From positions 1 through 25,943 of the forward strand of contig JAUXAS010000005.1 in NCBI GenBank assembly GCA_030619825.1: DNA of 25,943 bases, written 5' to 3'. Positions 25,164-25,943 of this stretch are shown piece after piece. Every line of letters starts with the position of its first letter. Positions within the stretch are counted from its first letter, which is position 1. Both the position numbers and the translations under genes were made by a program. The notes beneath the pieces are model-generated. The model was not told where the DNA came from. It saw only the letters and a list, made by a program, of their open reading frames with translations, and made no database searches. This DNA is from Hadesarchaea archaeon. Lineage in GTDB: Archaea; Hadarchaeota; Hadarchaeia; Hadarchaeales; Hadarchaeaceae.

Positions 25164-25943
25164 TCACGCCCCACGATCAACAAGTTCACGAATACTTCGA
25201 GCGGTCCTTGATAAGTTTGATGCTCCAACGCCCATCATGTTTGTAATTTTTTTGATCGTGACCTTCTCCTCCGTTGATTTCGACGCGAGGTAGAGTATGG
25301 CCGCAGCGAGCAAGAGCGGAGGCTTCGTCTGTTCGGGCCTTTTAGGTAAAACGCCGTGAAGCTCATGGGCGCGCTCAATCGCCCGCCTGGACAGCCCAAG
25401 TTGAGTAGCAAATCGATTGATATAATTATCAATCGAGACGCGGGGCAGCTCTAACTTCAACTTTCGGACAAAAAATTTTGCAAGCCGACGAAGGTTATTC
25501 AAAGCTTCGCGCGCGTCCAAGCCCGAGCAGGTCGCCAGCGCGCGAGAAATCTCACTCTCCGTGCGCGGCAGACCCCGCAGCCTGCAAGTGATGAACGTGA
25601 GCGCCGCGAGAACCTGATGGGTCCCCCTTCCCGCAGTCAGCCTCATCGCCCGAGTCCGCCGATAGAGAGCGCTTATCTCGGCTTTGATGCCCTTGGGGAG
25701 TGCCAAGTCCTCGCAAAACTTGTCCAACTCTATTAGTGCCTCGCGTAGGCTCCGCTTTCCCCACGTGCCCGCGCGCGAGCGCCTCTGCCAAAGCTGCATT
25801 CGCCTCAGGCTAGCACGCCAGCTCGGGGGTAGGTCCCCCGAGACACCGAACTTGCTTCCCAACCCAAAATCGTGTTGCGTCACGTCTGCGCGCTCCAGTT
25901 CCTCCCCCGGCTTCCTGCGCCACTCCGGCTCGAGTTCGAGCGA
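25164..25943 (-). CDS. tfb: divergent transcription initiation factor IIB (TFB) paralog, 5'-partial
   Basis: Frame is open to the right edge (SLELEPEWRRKPGEELERADVTQHDFGLGS). It has the linker LRRMQLWQRRSR, two cyclin-like repeats (GRG..LAAL..CR..LPRT..EI; YINRFATQLGL; P..LAAAILYLA) and a terminal HTH. Confidence 0.8.
   Translation of the reverse strand, partial: SLELEPEWRRKPGEELERADVTQHDFGLGSKFGVSGDLPPSWRASLRRMQLWQRRSRAGTWGKRSLREALIELDKFCEDLALPKGIKAEISALYRRTRAMRLTAGRGTHQVLAALTFITCRLRGLPRTESEISRALATCSGLDAREALNNLRRLAKFFVRKLKLELPRVSIDNYINRFATQLGLSRRAIERAHELHGVLPKRPEQTKPPLLLAAAILYLASKSTEEKVTIKKITNMMGVGASNLSRTARSIRELVDRGA

Noticed and set aside
1..25943. CRISPR array, tRNA/rRNA, transposase/integrase or recognised defence system
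   Set aside because: No regularly spaced repeats, tRNA consensus or recombinase motifs were seen; DUF429 alone is not evidence of a defence system.

Overview
Archaeal chromosomal region, judged from TFB, TiaS, eL41, deoxyhypusine synthase, a PAC2 proteasome chaperone and BRE/TATA promoters. The gene styles suggest a Euryarchaeota-related lineage such as Hadarchaeota, but that is inference only. From left to right: 3' end of iorB; acr3-arsR arsenite module with a tandem ArsR/SmtB-type operator; a decayed AOR-moaD remnant; and a complete acetyl-cycle arginine biosynthesis cluster (argG, argH-argC, argJ, an AT-rich DUF2284 insert, argB-argD-argF) that ends in a carbamate kinase and a coupled wHTH protein rather than carAB. 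Then come a putative cobalamin uptake pair (ECF S-component-like membrane protein + DUF4430) behind a palindromic operator, the 35-aa ribosomal protein eL41, a membrane protein, a CPA2 antiporter, an M29 aminopeptidase, a PAC2 protein and a UPF0282 hydrolase. The right end holds argS divergent from a tiaS-dhs pair, a UPF0173 hydrolase, DUF429 and a divergent TFB paralog running off the edge. No tRNA, rRNA, CRISPR array or transposase was recognised. All family calls come from motif recognition by eye, not from database searches.
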